DNA of 64,000 nucleotides from Eubacteriales bacterium (lineage in GTDB: Bacteria > Bacillota > Clostridia > Oscillospirales > CAG-272). The DNA lies in assembly GCA_045531485.1 (NCBI GenBank), contig JAZSEC010000013.1, positions 4,510 through 68,509 of the forward strand. The letters run 5' to 3'. Position numbers and translations under genes: made by a program. Shown here in pieces: positions 38,832 through 48,484 of this stretch (position 1 is the stretch's first letter; each line of letters opens with the position of its first letter). The notes beneath the pieces were generated by a model. That model had not been told where the DNA came from, did not search any database, and saw only the letters and a list, made by a program, of their open reading frames with translations.

Positions 38832-39216
38832 AGTGCAGATCGGATAAAGTCGGGTAAATTCAGAGAGATGTGTTACTTCTTGGGTCGCCGGGCGTAGTTA
38901 CCTACGTCAAGACACAAGAAGGAGTGCAGATCGCCAAAGGCAAATAAATTCGGATGAGATGTGCTGCTTCTTGGGTCGCCGAGCGTAGTTACCTACGTCA
39001 AGGCACAAGAAGGAGTGCAGATCGCCAAAGGCAAATAAATTCAGATGAGATGTGTTACTTCTTGGGTCGCCGGGCGTAGTTACCTACGTCAAGACACAAG
39101 AAGGAGTGCAGATAGGATAAAGTCGGGTAAATTCAGAGAGATGTGCTGCTTCTTGGGTCGCCGGGCGTAGTTACCTACGTCAAGACACAAGAAGGAGTGC
39201 AGATCGCCGAATTTTA
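38832..39216. repeat. tandem array of 4 x 91-bp units plus a 21-bp partial unit
   Basis: Units at 38832-38922, 38923-39013, 39014-39104 and 39105-39195, with a partial unit at 39196-39216. Each carries the core gtcgccg(g/a)gcgtagttacctacgtcaag(a/g)ca flanked by cttcttg / caagaag. Confidence 0.95.
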
Positions 39217-41244
39217 GGCTCCCTGGGATGTACCGGTGATTTCGAAGGAAAGCTCCGTAAACTCAACTACGGTGCCACGGTTTGCGAACATACCAACGTA
39301 CATGTACTCGGTATCTCTGGCAAGGAGGTCGAAATCGTAGTGGGTGGTGGATACGGTCTTGTCACCCGAGGTTACGGTAACGGTGATGGACTGGCCAACA
39401 CGCTCGATAGACATGGTATAAACGTCGCCAACTGCATAGAAGTCACCGAATGCCTGACCCTTACCAAGACTTGCGTTCTCTCTTAAGAAGAGTGCGTTTG
39501 TGGTATTGTCGCTGTTGCAGAGGATACCTGCGGTAACGTAGTTGGACTTGATGGATGCGTCCTTGATGGGAAGGTAAACGTCATCACGAAGCATAAGGCC
39601 GAAGCCTGCCTGCTGGGTAGAGCCGGTATTAAGAATAGTAGCGGTTACGCTGATCTTGAAGTTCTTATCAGCCGAAACCTGAGTGAAGAGGAAGGCAAAG
39701 CCATCAGAGGAGGAGGAGAACTTACCCTTATTGCTGCCGCTGTCAAGATGCTGACCAACCTTGAAGGAGCCGTCCTCCTGCTCGGTAGCGTAGTAGCCGT
39801 TGGTAATAGAGCCGTCATCCTTGATTGCTGCGGGATCTCCGCCAGTGTCACCGAAGGCGGTGCCGTACCAGCCCTCTGTGGTTACGCTGAACTGAGGCTG
39901 ACTGCCAAACTCGGAGAGATTGGGTGCCTTGTAATCAGAGAATACGTAGGAGGGATTAACCACCAGGTCTGCCTCGGTGGGTGCAGTGATATCGGCAAGA
40001 ACGTATCTGCCGATGCCGTCGATCTTAGCAAGCTCGCATGCCAGGTTGTAAGCCACGAACTTAGCACCGTAGATATTAAGGTGGGTCTTGTCAACCGAAT
40101 CCCAGTTGGGAACTACGGTGGTGCCGTCGGTGTCAAGCATACCGACGCTGACTGCGTGATAAAGCTTAATGGACTCATAGCCCTTAGAGGAGTACTCTGC
40201 CTTAGTAATGGCGGTAAGGTCTACTACGGGAACGTTTACCGCTGTACCGAGGTCGATAATAGCCTGGGCGTAGTTACCTGTAGCGGTATTGTGACCCTCG
40301 TTGCCAGAGTAGTCGTCAGAGGTCTTTGCTCTAACTATGGGAGTACAGAGAATAGGTGTTGCACCGCATTCCTCTGCAAGCTTGATATAATAATTGTAGA
40401 GATAGTAGCCGAAGGATGTGGGATCGGTGTAATCCTTAGATGCATCGGTAAATCTCGCTGCATCGTCGCTCTTTTCATCATTATGACCGAAGCCGATAAT
40501 GAGATAATCACCTGCCTTAAGGCTGGTCTTAAGAGTCTGGTAATTGTCCTCCTCGATAAAGCTCTTGGAGCTTCTGCCGGAGAGAGCCAGGTTAACTACG
40601 GTTGCCTTGGAATCAAGATAATTTCCAAGCTGGGTGCCATAGCCGTATCTGGGATAATAGTATCCGTCCTGGAAGGAGCATACGGTAGAGTCACCTACGA
40701 GATATATCTTTGTTTCTGTAAGCACTTCGGGCTCCTCCTTATAATCGGGGTCTTTTTCACCGCACTCGCACTTGCCGTCTACGAACACGTGGGTGTGGGG
40801 AGGCACGTAGTTGGGATCCTCTTCACCGCACTCGCACTTGCCGTCTACGAACACGTGGGTGTGGGGAGGCACGTAGTTGGGATCCTCTTCGCCGCACTCG
40901 CACTTGCCGTCTACAAACACGTGGGTGTGGGGAGGTACGTAATTGGGATCCTCTTCACCGCACTCGCACTTGCCGTCTACAAACACGTGGGTGTGGGGAG
41001 GTACGTAATTGGGATCCTCTTCGCCGCACTCGCACTTGCCGTCTACGAAGCTGTGAGTATGCTCGGGCTTCTCGCCATCATCGGGCTTTTCGCCATCGTC
41101 GGGAGTCTCACCGTCGTCGGGAGTCTCGCCATCGCCAACGCCGGGAAGGTTAAGTCCGGGGATCTTAGCGATAAGATCGCAGGATGCCAGAGTGAAAATT
41201 GAAAGAATAAGAAGTAATGCGATTATTACAACTCTTTTTTTCAT
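39214..41244 (-). CDS. SGNH/GDSL hydrolase lipoprotein (CE12 rhamnogalacturonan acetylesterase-like) with a C-terminal beta-sandwich-like domain
   Basis: Lipobox TLASC. Five 22-aa repeats PPHTHVFVDGKCECGEEDPNYV. IYLVGDSTV (block I Ser), GHNDEK and DKTHLN (block V). Confidence 0.8.
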   Translation of the reverse strand: MKKRVVIIALLLILSIFTLASCDLIAKIPGLNLPGVGDGETPDDGETPDDGEKPDDGEKPEHTHSFVDGKCECGEEDPNYVPPHTHVFVDGKCECGEEDPNYVPPHTHVFVDGKCECGEEDPNYVPPHTHVFVDGKCECGEEDPNYVPPHTHVFVDGKCECGEKDPDYKEEPEVLTETKIYLVGDSTVCSFQDGYYYPRYGYGTQLGNYLDSKATVVNLALSGRSSKSFIEEDNYQTLKTSLKAGDYLIIGFGHNDEKSDDAARFTDASKDYTDPTSFGYYLYNYYIKLAEECGATPILCTPIVRAKTSDDYSGNEGHNTATGNYAQAIIDLGTAVNVPVVDLTAITKAEYSSKGYESIKLYHAVSVGMLDTDGTTVVPNWDSVDKTHLNIYGAKFVAYNLACELAKIDGIGRYVLADITAPTEADLVVNPSYVFSDYKAPNLSEFGSQPQFSVTTEGWYGTAFGDTGGDPAAIKDDGSITNGYYATEQEDGSFKVGQHLDSGSNKGKFSSSSDGFAFLFTQVSADKNFKISVTATILNTGSTQQAGFGLMLRDDVYLPIKDASIKSNYVTAGILCNSDNTTNALFLRENASLGKGQAFGDFYAVGDVYTMSIERVGQSITVTVTSGDKTVSTTHYDFDLLARDTEYMYVGMFANRGTVVEFTELSFEITGTSQGA
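40745..41075. repeat. 5 x 66-bp in-frame tandem repeat inside the esterase gene
   Basis: cgcactcgca recurs at 40761, 40827, 40893, 40959 and 41025 (period 66 bp). Confidence 0.9.
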
Positions 41245-41442
41245 GTCCTATCTCCTTTGAAGAAATTTTGATTACGAACTCATTATAACATAATATACAA
41301 AAGATTTCAATATGATTATTTACTTTTGTAAAATATATACAAATATTTTCATTTAAAATGACAACATGAAAATCAAGTGAATATTTTTCATGATCAAAAA
41401 AACGATATTTTACCTACATAAATATCAAAATAACAATAAAAA

Positions 41443-41466
41443 ATCGGCAGAGGTAAATCTGCCGAT
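41443..41466 (-). terminator. rho-independent terminator
   Basis: atcggcaga-ggtaaa-tctgccgat flanked by A5 and T4. Confidence 0.65.
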
Positions 41467-41487
41467 TTTGATGTTTCTTTATTTATC

Positions 41488-42510
41488 TTATGCAAAGTTG
41501 GGAAGCACGACGAACTGAAGAACGCAGTATGCCGCATAAAGACCCAGCAGGCTGATGCCCTGCCATCTCGAAAGCTTGCCCTTGATGATAGTGGGAATGG
41601 TCATAATGCCCATTGCGATAAACACAAGAGGAAGGTCAAAGACGAGAGATGCGTTCATACCCATGAAGGTTGCTTCGGAGGGAACCTGGAAGGGACTGAT
41701 GGTGATAGCCGCACCGGATACGAGAACCAGGTTGAAGATGTTAGCACCGATAATGTTACCGAGAGAAAGTGCACCGTGACCCTTCATAAGAGAGGTGATG
41801 GCGGTTACAAGCTCGGGAAGGCTGGTGCCGAGAGCAACGATGGTAAGAGAAATAATGGTCTGAGGTACGTTAAGCTTCTCTGCGATAATGATAGCATTGC
41901 TTACAAGAAGGTCTGCACCTACTGCAATAACCGCCGCAGAAACGATAAGCATTACGATATCCTTGATAAGACCCGCAATGGGGTTCTTTTCGGGAACCTC
42001 GGGCTCCTCGAGAGTCTCTACCTCCTCATGCTCATCCTCTACGGGATTTTTCTTCATATTAACAACGTTGATGATCATGTAGCAAACGAAGCCGCAAAGA
42101 AGAATGATGCCCATCCAAAGATCAAATCTACCGAATACGTATGCATTAAATACGTAGAACCCTGCTGCACCGAAGAAGAAGCATACGGGGAAGATGAGCG
42201 ACTTTCTGTCTGCCTTGGCAGGCTTGATGGCGATGGTGAGTGCCGCGATAAGAGAGGTGTTACAGATGATGGAGCCTATGGCATTACCGTATGCCATAGC
42301 ACCGCTTCCGCTTGCCGCACCGATGGCGGAGGTCATTACCTCGGGGAGAGTGGTACCGATGGAAACGACGGTTGCACCGATAAGAAGCTCGGGGAGCTTA
42401 AAGCGTTTTGCAATACCTGTCGCTGCATCAACGAACCAGTCGCCGCCCTTGATGAGCAGGATGAAGCCGAACACCAGAAGATAGGCGAAATCGGGAATGA
42501 AATCAAACAT
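41488..42510 (-). CDS. CaCA-family cation/Ca2+ (Na+/Ca2+) antiporter, YrbG-like
   Basis: Start refined to MFDFIPDFAYLL (RBS AAGGAGA). Two alpha-repeats GATVVSIGTTLPE and VALGTSLPE. Confidence 0.85.
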   Translation of the reverse strand: MFDFIPDFAYLLVFGFILLIKGGDWFVDAATGIAKRFKLPELLIGATVVSIGTTLPEVMTSAIGAASGSGAMAYGNAIGSIICNTSLIAALTIAIKPAKADRKSLIFPVCFFFGAAGFYVFNAYVFGRFDLWMGIILLCGFVCYMIINVVNMKKNPVEDEHEEVETLEEPEVPEKNPIAGLIKDIVMLIVSAAVIAVGADLLVSNAIIIAEKLNVPQTIISLTIVALGTSLPELVTAITSLMKGHGALSLGNIIGANIFNLVLVSGAAITISPFQVPSEATFMGMNASLVFDLPLVFIAMGIMTIPTIIKGKLSRWQGISLLGLYAAYCVLQFVVLPNFA

Positions 42511-42535
42511 TTTTGTTTCTCCTTTTATATCAATT

Positions 42536-43138
42536 TTAAATAAACGAGGTAATAAAGATCTCAAGACCGATAAAGATCAGTATCGAGCCGCCGAAGATTG
42601 CGGATTTACCGGCAAGTGCCGTACCGAATTTCTTACCCAGGTGGATGCCCGCAAAGCAGATGCCGAAGGTGACAGCCGCAATAAGCAGAGCACATACAAC
42701 TGCCTGAGCGGTAACGTAATCCGAGATGGTAAAGCCAACCGACAGTGCGTCGATGGAGGTGGCTATTCCCTGCACCAGAAGTGCCGAGAGTCCAAGCCTC
42801 TTAGGTACGGGACACTCGGTGCCGCCGTCCTTATGACATTTATATTCCTTGATTCCCTCAAAGAGCATCTTGCCTCCGATAAAGCCAAGAAGTCCAAGTG
42901 CTATCCAGGGGATGAATTTTTCGAAAATTGAGAATGCGGTGGCGATGGAGTGAACGCAGAACCAGCCTATAAGAGGCATAAGTCCCTGGAACAAACCGAA
43001 AATACCCGCAACGCCAAGAGCCTTTTCCTCAGACATATCCGGCTCGTTCAGTCCGTTGGCCAGCGAAACGGAGAAGGCATCCATGGCAAGTCCTATGCCG
43101 ATAAGTAGGCTATTAAAGAAAAAGAGAAAATTAAACAT
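42536..43138 (-). CDS. mntP: manganese efflux pump MntP
   Basis: GIGLAMDAFSVSLANG and ATSIDALSVGF motifs. 200 aa. Confidence 0.88.
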   Translation of the reverse strand: MFNFLFFFNSLLIGIGLAMDAFSVSLANGLNEPDMSEEKALGVAGIFGLFQGLMPLIGWFCVHSIATAFSIFEKFIPWIALGLLGFIGGKMLFEGIKEYKCHKDGGTECPVPKRLGLSALLVQGIATSIDALSVGFTISDYVTAQAVVCALLIAAVTFGICFAGIHLGKKFGTALAGKSAIFGGSILIFIGLEIFITSFI

Positions 43139-43149
43139 AGCTACTCGTT

Positions 43150-43310
43150 ACTCCAATAAAAAAAGTATGACCGCGTGGCCATACCCGAATACACCGAGGG
43201 TTCATGTAAGCTCACGCAATACATGAGTCTCGCAATTTAATTCAAGCCAGACCGAAGGTCAGGATGTTGACTTGACACGCATAACGCTCGCTACTCCCTC
43301 ACACAGACAG
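43150..43310 (-). promoter_or_regulatory. yybP-ykoY Mn2+ riboswitch with terminator expression platform
   Basis: The minus-sense RNA contains GGGAGUAGC, GUCAACAU and UGCGAGAC. It is followed by the hairpin gtatggccacgcggtcatac and a T7 run (43159-43184 on the plus strand), directly upstream of mntP. Confidence 0.72.
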
Positions 43311-43311
43311 T

Positions 43312-43340
43312 AGTATATCATAAAGGAAGAGCTTTGTCAA
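43312..43340 (-). promoter_or_regulatory. sigma-A promoter driving the riboswitch-mntP transcript
   Basis: TTGACA (rc of 43335-43340), 17 nt, TATACT (rc of 43312-43317). Confidence 0.55.
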
Positions 43341-43371
43341 GACTTTCTTAACCAATTCTTTACCAAAGAGA

Positions 43372-43392
43372 AAGGACGGCTGAGCCGTCCTT
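43372..43392 (-). terminator. terminator after queA
   Basis: aaggacggc-tga-gccgtcctt followed by a T-rich tract on the minus strand. Confidence 0.55.
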
Positions 43393-43395
43393 CTA

Positions 43396-44472
43396 TTATT
43401 TAATGAACATAGCATCTCCAAAGGAGAAGAAGCGATATTTTTCCTTTACGGCGACGTCATAGGCGTTCATCACCTTATCGCGACCTGCCAAAGCCGAGAT
43501 AAGCATGATCAGGGTGCTTTCGGGCAGGTGAAAATTGGTAATGAGGGCGTCGATCGCCTTGAATTTGTAGCCCGGATAGATGAAGATCGCGGTTTCGGCA
43601 TTCATAGGATGAAGCTTACCGTCGGGAGTTGAAGCACTCTCAAGCACACGGCAGGAGGTGGTACCGACGGCAATTATTCTGCCTCCGGCTGCTCTTCTGC
43701 GGTTTATCTCCTCGGCAACCTCGGGAGAAATATGGAAGTACTCGCCGTGCATCTGATGCTCCTCTATCCTTTCCACCTTCACGGGACGGAAGGTGCCAAG
43801 GCCGACGTGAAGAGTGACCTCACCGTAGCCAACGCCCTTTGCCCTGATCCTCTCTAGCAACTCGTCGGTGAAATGCAGACCGGCTGTGGGAGCGGCAGCA
43901 GAGCCCTCCTCCTTCGCATAGACGGTCTGGTAGTCGTCCTTATTCTCAAGCTTCTTCGTAATATAGGGAGGCAGAGGCATATTGCCGATAACGTCAAGCA
44001 CCTCGTAGATATTCTTATATTTCTCGGTATCGTATTCGAATTTTACCGTACGGTTGCCACCCTCGACGATGGAGGTGACAGTGGCACGGAGTATGCCGGC
44101 AAAATCAAAGGATGCACCAACCTTGGCACGCTTACCGGGGCGGACAAGGGTCTCCCATTCGCCGTTTTCAAGCATACGCAAAAGCAGAAGCTCCATATCG
44201 CCACCCGTCTTTTCGGTCTTGCCAAGCAAACGTGCGGGAATTACCTTAGAGGAGTTGACCACCAGCATATCCTCGGGATTTAGGTAGTCGATTATATCTC
44301 TGAATATCTTATGCTCCACCCTGCCGCTCTCACGGTCTAGCACCATAAGTCGACAGCCGTCACGCACGTCGCTGGGCGACTGAGCAATAAGCTCCTCGGG
44401 CAGATCGTAATAAAAATCCTCGGTGGCAAGATCGGTCGCCACACGGTCGTTTAAAATAAGGTCCTTATCCAT
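43396..44472 (-). CDS. queA: S-adenosylmethionine:tRNA ribosyltransferase-isomerase
   Basis: [23 protein letters not shown] and [10 protein letters not shown] motifs. Confidence 0.93.
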   Translation of the reverse strand: MDKDLILNDRVATDLATEDFYYDLPEELIAQSPSDVRDGCRLMVLDRESGRVEHKIFRDIIDYLNPEDMLVVNSSKVIPARLLGKTEKTGGDMELLLLRMLENGEWETLVRPGKRAKVGASFDFAGILRATVTSIVEGGNRTVKFEYDTEKYKNIYEVLDVIGNMPLPPYITKKLENKDDYQTVYAKEEGSAAAPTAGLHFTDELLERIRAKGVGYGEVTLHVGLGTFRPVKVERIEEHQMHGEYFHISPEVAEEINRRRAAGGRIIAVGTTSCRVLESASTPDGKLHPMNAETAIFIYPGYKFKAIDALITNFHLPESTLIMLISALAGRDKVMNAYDVAVKEKYRFFSFGDAMFIK

Positions 44473-44570
44473 TTTATCCCTTCTTCAAATCAAGTCATAT
44501 AATATTAGCAGCCATTATTATACACGAAACGAAGAGATAAATCAAGACGTGAAAGGATTTTTACTTAAAA

Positions 44571-45455
44571 ATGAGCAAGAAAAGAGTTTTTTCGGGGGCG
44601 GCAACCGCTCTGGTAACACCGTTTTCGGACGGTGAGATAGATTACAGGACGCTGGGCGAGCTGATAGAATGGCAGATCGGTGAAGGAATCGACGCACTGG
44701 TAATAGGAGGCACGACGGCAGAGGCGGCAACGCTGACCGATGACGAAAGATACAAGCTATACAGCTTTGCCAAGGGGAAGATCGCAGGACGCACCAAGCT
44801 GATTCTAGGCACCGGGACCAACGATACAAGGGTCGCCCTGAAGCATACGAAATTTGCCGAGAGGCTGGGCTGTGACGGTGTGCTGGTGGTGACGCCCTAC
44901 TACAACAAGGGAACCGAGGAGGGAGTGGAAAAACACTATCTTACGCTGGCAGAATCGGTAGATTTGCCAATAATTGTTTACAATGTGCCATCAAGAACGG
45001 GCGTAAACCTTGGAATCGGACTTCTCGAAAGGTTGGCTAAGCATCAGAATATTGTTGGAATCAAGGAGGCCTCCGACTCTACCGACAGGCTGGTAAATCT
45101 TGCCTCTTTCGGCAATGAGCTGACCATTTACGCAGGTAACGACAGCCAGATATACCCTACCCTCGCCCTTGGAGGAATGGGAGTGATCTCGGTTATGTCG
45201 AATATTCTGCCAAGAGAGGTAGGTCGACTTTGCAGCAGTTATTTTGATGGGCGGCGTGAGGAGGCACTTTCGCTTCAGCTAAGGCTTTTGCCTATGATAC
45301 GCTCCTTATTCCTTGAAACCAACCCTTCACCAGTTAAATATGCAATGAGCCTGATGGGACTGTGTAAAAGCGAGGTCCGCCTGCCCTTATCCGAGCCGCG
45401 AGAAAGCACGAGAGCTGAGCTTAGAAGGCAGCTGGATTCAATTAATAAGGAATAA
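44571..45455 (+). CDS. dapA: 4-hydroxy-tetrahydrodipicolinate synthase
   Basis: GAATALVTPF, GGTTAEAATL and the YNVPSRTG motif. Confidence 0.93.
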   Translation: MSKKRVFSGAATALVTPFSDGEIDYRTLGELIEWQIGEGIDALVIGGTTAEAATLTDDERYKLYSFAKGKIAGRTKLILGTGTNDTRVALKHTKFAERLGCDGVLVVTPYYNKGTEEGVEKHYLTLAESVDLPIIVYNVPSRTGVNLGIGLLERLAKHQNIVGIKEASDSTDRLVNLASFGNELTIYAGNDSQIYPTLALGGMGVISVMSNILPREVGRLCSSYFDGRREEALSLQLRLLPMIRSLFLETNPSPVKYAMSLMGLCKSEVRLPLSEPRESTRAELRRQLDSINKE

Positions 45456-45460
45456 AAAAA

Positions 45461-45485
45461 TCCCCGATTATTCGGGGACTTTTTT
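45461..45485. terminator. bidirectional terminator between dapA and the MATE gene
   Basis: tccccga-ttat-tcgggga flanked by A7 and T6. Confidence 0.65.
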
Positions 45486-45509
45486 GTGTGAAAAATCGTC
45501 AGTGGATAA

Positions 45510-46844
45510 TCAATAATTATACTGCTTTCGCTTGAAAACGAGGAAGAACGTGGTCACCATAGCAGACAAAAGCTCAGCAAGGATTATGGACATCCACACA
45601 CCGTCGAGCTGCAATATCTCGGGTAGCAAAAGCACGGCAAGTGTTTGAAAAACGAGGGTACGTAGGAAGGAAATTATTGCCGACACGCCTCCGTTATTCA
45701 GCGAGGTGAAGAAGGCAGAGCCAAAGATATTGTACCCTGCAATAAGATAAGAAAAGGCGTAAATTATGAATCCGCGAAGGGTGATATTATAGAGATCAGC
45801 GTCATATCCAACGAAAAGACGGCAGAGCGGAGCTGCCAGTAAAAGTGCTACCAGAAGCATTGCACCTCCCACCAGAAAGACGATATTTATGCTCTTTTTT
45901 CTAAGGTTCTTCAGCTCATCGGTATTACCTGCTCCGTAATGGAAGCTGACGATAGGGCCTGCACCGATAACGAAGCCGATAAAGATGGCGACAAAGATAA
46001 ACGCCACGTACATGATAGCACCGTAGGCGGCAACGCCATCCTCACCTGCAAAGCGGAGAAGCTGGTAATTGTATAAAATGGTAACGACGGACGCCGAAAT
46101 ATTGCTCATCAGCTCGGAGGAGCCGTTAACCGACGCATTAAGAAGCACACGCCAATATGCCTTGGTCCGTGTAAACTTAATTGAGGCAGTGTTTTTAGAC
46201 AAAAAGTACACAACGGGGATAAGACCGCCTACCGCCTGGCTTATGGCGGTGGCAATGGCGGCACCCGCAAGGCCCATGTCAAGCACGGCAATAAAGAGTG
46301 CGTCAAGGACCATATTGGTAACACCAGCGATCACCGTGACGGCAAGACCCAACTTAGGCTTTTCTGCGGTGATAAAAAGGTTCTGGAAGGTGTTTTGAAG
46401 CATAAAGAATGGCAAGCCCACAAGCACCGTACGTGCATAAAGCACCGCATAGTGAAGCATATCGCCCTCAGCACCGAGAAGAACTGCCACCTGCTCGGCA
46501 AAGGCGATACCTAGGATCGCAAGAATGCTGCCCATTACGGCGGTGGAAATTATGATAAAGGTGAAATACTCGTTTGCCTTATCCTTTTCACCAAGGCCAA
46601 GGGTCTTGGCAACAATGGCGGTGCCGCCCGTACCGAGCATAAAGCCGAAGCCACCCAGGATCATTATAAGAGGATAAATGAGATTTATTGCCGCGAAGGG
46701 TATTTTTCCAACAAAGTTGGAAACGAAAAGACCGTCTACCACGCCGTAGATAGACGTGAATATCATCATAACCACCGACGGAATGACGAATCTGATAAGT
46801 CTTCGGTAGCTGAAATGGTCGGAAAGCTGTATTTGCTCCTTCAT
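45510..46844 (-). CDS. MATE family efflux transporter
   Basis: 444 aa, 12 predicted TM segments. The N-terminus LIRFVIPSVVMMIFTSIYGVVDGLFVSNFVG is typical of MATE. Confidence 0.88.
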   Translation of the reverse strand: MKEQIQLSDHFSYRRLIRFVIPSVVMMIFTSIYGVVDGLFVSNFVGKIPFAAINLIYPLIMILGGFGFMLGTGGTAIVAKTLGLGEKDKANEYFTFIIISTAVMGSILAILGIAFAEQVAVLLGAEGDMLHYAVLYARTVLVGLPFFMLQNTFQNLFITAEKPKLGLAVTVIAGVTNMVLDALFIAVLDMGLAGAAIATAISQAVGGLIPVVYFLSKNTASIKFTRTKAYWRVLLNASVNGSSELMSNISASVVTILYNYQLLRFAGEDGVAAYGAIMYVAFIFVAIFIGFVIGAGPIVSFHYGAGNTDELKNLRKKSINIVFLVGGAMLLVALLLAAPLCRLFVGYDADLYNITLRGFIIYAFSYLIAGYNIFGSAFFTSLNNGGVSAIISFLRTLVFQTLAVLLLPEILQLDGVWMSIILAELLSAMVTTFFLVFKRKQYNY

Positions 46845-47047
46845 TTTTATCCTCCTTTTTCCTTTATTTTACATACCAGAGTATTTTAACACATTATAAT
46901 TTAAATGTCAACCGCCAAGGTTTTAAATAATAGACAAAAAAGATATAAATAATATTTTATTTTTGTTCAATTTAGTAGTTGACTTTTGTCGGATTTAGGA
47001 GTACAATATCTAACTGTTGAAAAAAAGAATTAAAGAAGGACAATCAA

Positions 47048-48424
47048 ATGGAAACACTTTTATCGCTTTCTATCGCACTTATCGCAGGACTTCTGCTCTC
47101 CAGAATCACGAAGAAGCTTGACCTGCCTGCCGTCACCGCATATCTTGTAGCAGGTATTTTAGTTGGCCCCTGCTGTATTGGTGCTCTCGGAATCGAGGGT
47201 ATTGGATTTAATAACCAAGACTACGTTGATTCATTCTCTATCGTATGTGATGTTGCTCTCGGATTTATTGCTTTTTCTATTGGAAACGAGTTCAGACTTA
47301 ATCAGCTCAAGAAAATCGGCCGTCAAGCAACTATCGTAGGTATTCTTCAGGCTGTAATCACCACCCTCGTAGTTGACGCTGCACTTATTGGACTTCATTT
47401 TGCAATTCCGAGCTTCCTCAGCATTGAGGCGGCGATCATTCTCGGTGCTATAGCATCTGCCACCGCACCTGCGGCAACGCTGATGGTAGTAAGACAGTAT
47501 AAGGCAAAGGGTCCCGTCACAGATATGCTGCTGCCAGTTGTTGCACTGGATGATGCGGTCGGTCTCGTAATATTTGCCATTTCCTTTGGCGTTGCTAAGG
47601 CTCTTAACGCAGGCACGATCAACATAATTTCAGTTATCGTAGAACCTCTTATTGAGATCGTGGCATCTCTGCTGCTGGGCTCTCTGATGGGTTTAGTCTT
47701 CCATATCTGCGAGAGATTCTTCCACTCCAACTCCAAGCGCATCTCGGTTTCCATAGGCTTTGTTCTTCTGACTATCGCGCTGTCTCAAATGAAGTTTGAG
47801 GTTGCAGGAATACACATAGGCTACTCTTCGCTACTCACCGCTATGATGCTCGGTACTATCTTCTGCAACATCTGTGACTTTTCCGAGGAGCTTATGGAAA
47901 GGGTTGATAAATGGACTGCTCCCCTGTTCGTGCTCTTCTTCGTTTTGTCCGGTGCGGAGCTTGATCTGAAAAAGGTATTTTCGGATCCGCTTATCATTAT
48001 TATAGGTATTGTTTACATAATCTTCCGTTGCGTCGGTAAGTACACTGGCGCGTACACCAGTGCAAAGATCTCAAAGTGCGACGATAATATCGTAAAATAT
48101 CTCGGCATTACCCTATTCCCCCAGGCGGGTGTTGCCCTCGGTATGGCTATGAAGGCAGAAGAGTTTGGCGAGATTGGCAAAATGGTTTCAACCATCACCC
48201 TCTTTGCCGTGCTTATCTACGAGATTGTCGGTCCCGCACTCACCAAGGAGGCTCTGCTCAAGGCGGGTGACATTGATCCCGAGAAGAGAAGAAGTGCCCG
48301 TCACGCTCATGTGGAAAATATGCCCGAGCATAAGAAGGAAAGACATATGCGCCGTACCGCAATAAAGGAAGAAATAAAGAAGCTTATCCGCACGACAAAA
48401 ATCAATCACGACGAAGAAAAGTAA
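47048..48424 (+). CDS. cation:proton antiporter (CPA family) with a charged C-terminal tail
   Basis: Polytopic membrane protein. LPAVTAYLVAGILVGP is a Na+/H+-exchanger-like N-terminus. Confidence 0.8.
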   Translation: METLLSLSIALIAGLLLSRITKKLDLPAVTAYLVAGILVGPCCIGALGIEGIGFNNQDYVDSFSIVCDVALGFIAFSIGNEFRLNQLKKIGRQATIVGILQAVITTLVVDAALIGLHFAIPSFLSIEAAIILGAIASATAPAATLMVVRQYKAKGPVTDMLLPVVALDDAVGLVIFAISFGVAKALNAGTINIISVIVEPLIEIVASLLLGSLMGLVFHICERFFHSNSKRISVSIGFVLLTIALSQMKFEVAGIHIGYSSLLTAMMLGTIFCNICDFSEELMERVDKWTAPLFVLFFVLSGAELDLKKVFSDPLIIIIGIVYIIFRCVGKYTGAYTSAKISKCDDNIVKYLGITLFPQAGVALGMAMKAEEFGEIGKMVSTITLFAVLIYEIVGPALTKEALLKAGDIDPEKRRSARHAHVENMPEHKKERHMRRTAIKEEIKKLIRTTKINHDEEK

Positions 48425-48432
48425 ACAAAGAG

Positions 48433-48470
48433 ATCCCTCGGTGTCCGAAAGGATGCCGAGGGATGTTTTT
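48433..48470 (+). terminator. rho-independent terminator
   Basis: atccctcgg...ccgagggat stem followed by T5. Confidence 0.65.
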
Positions 48471-48484
48471 ATTAAGTTAAGATA

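Noticed and set aside
38832-39216. Possible CRISPR array (regularly spaced repeats in an intergenic region)
   Set aside because: The spacer-like halves are homologous to one another (two types, A-B-B-A). The whole 91-bp unit repeats. There are no cas genes, and the same core occurs in the groES-groEL spacer. It is a tandem repeat element, not a CRISPR array.
44473-44570. Lysine (L-box) riboswitch upstream of dapA
   Set aside because: The ~98-nt spacer is too short for an L-box, and none of the conserved L-box helices or motifs were visible.
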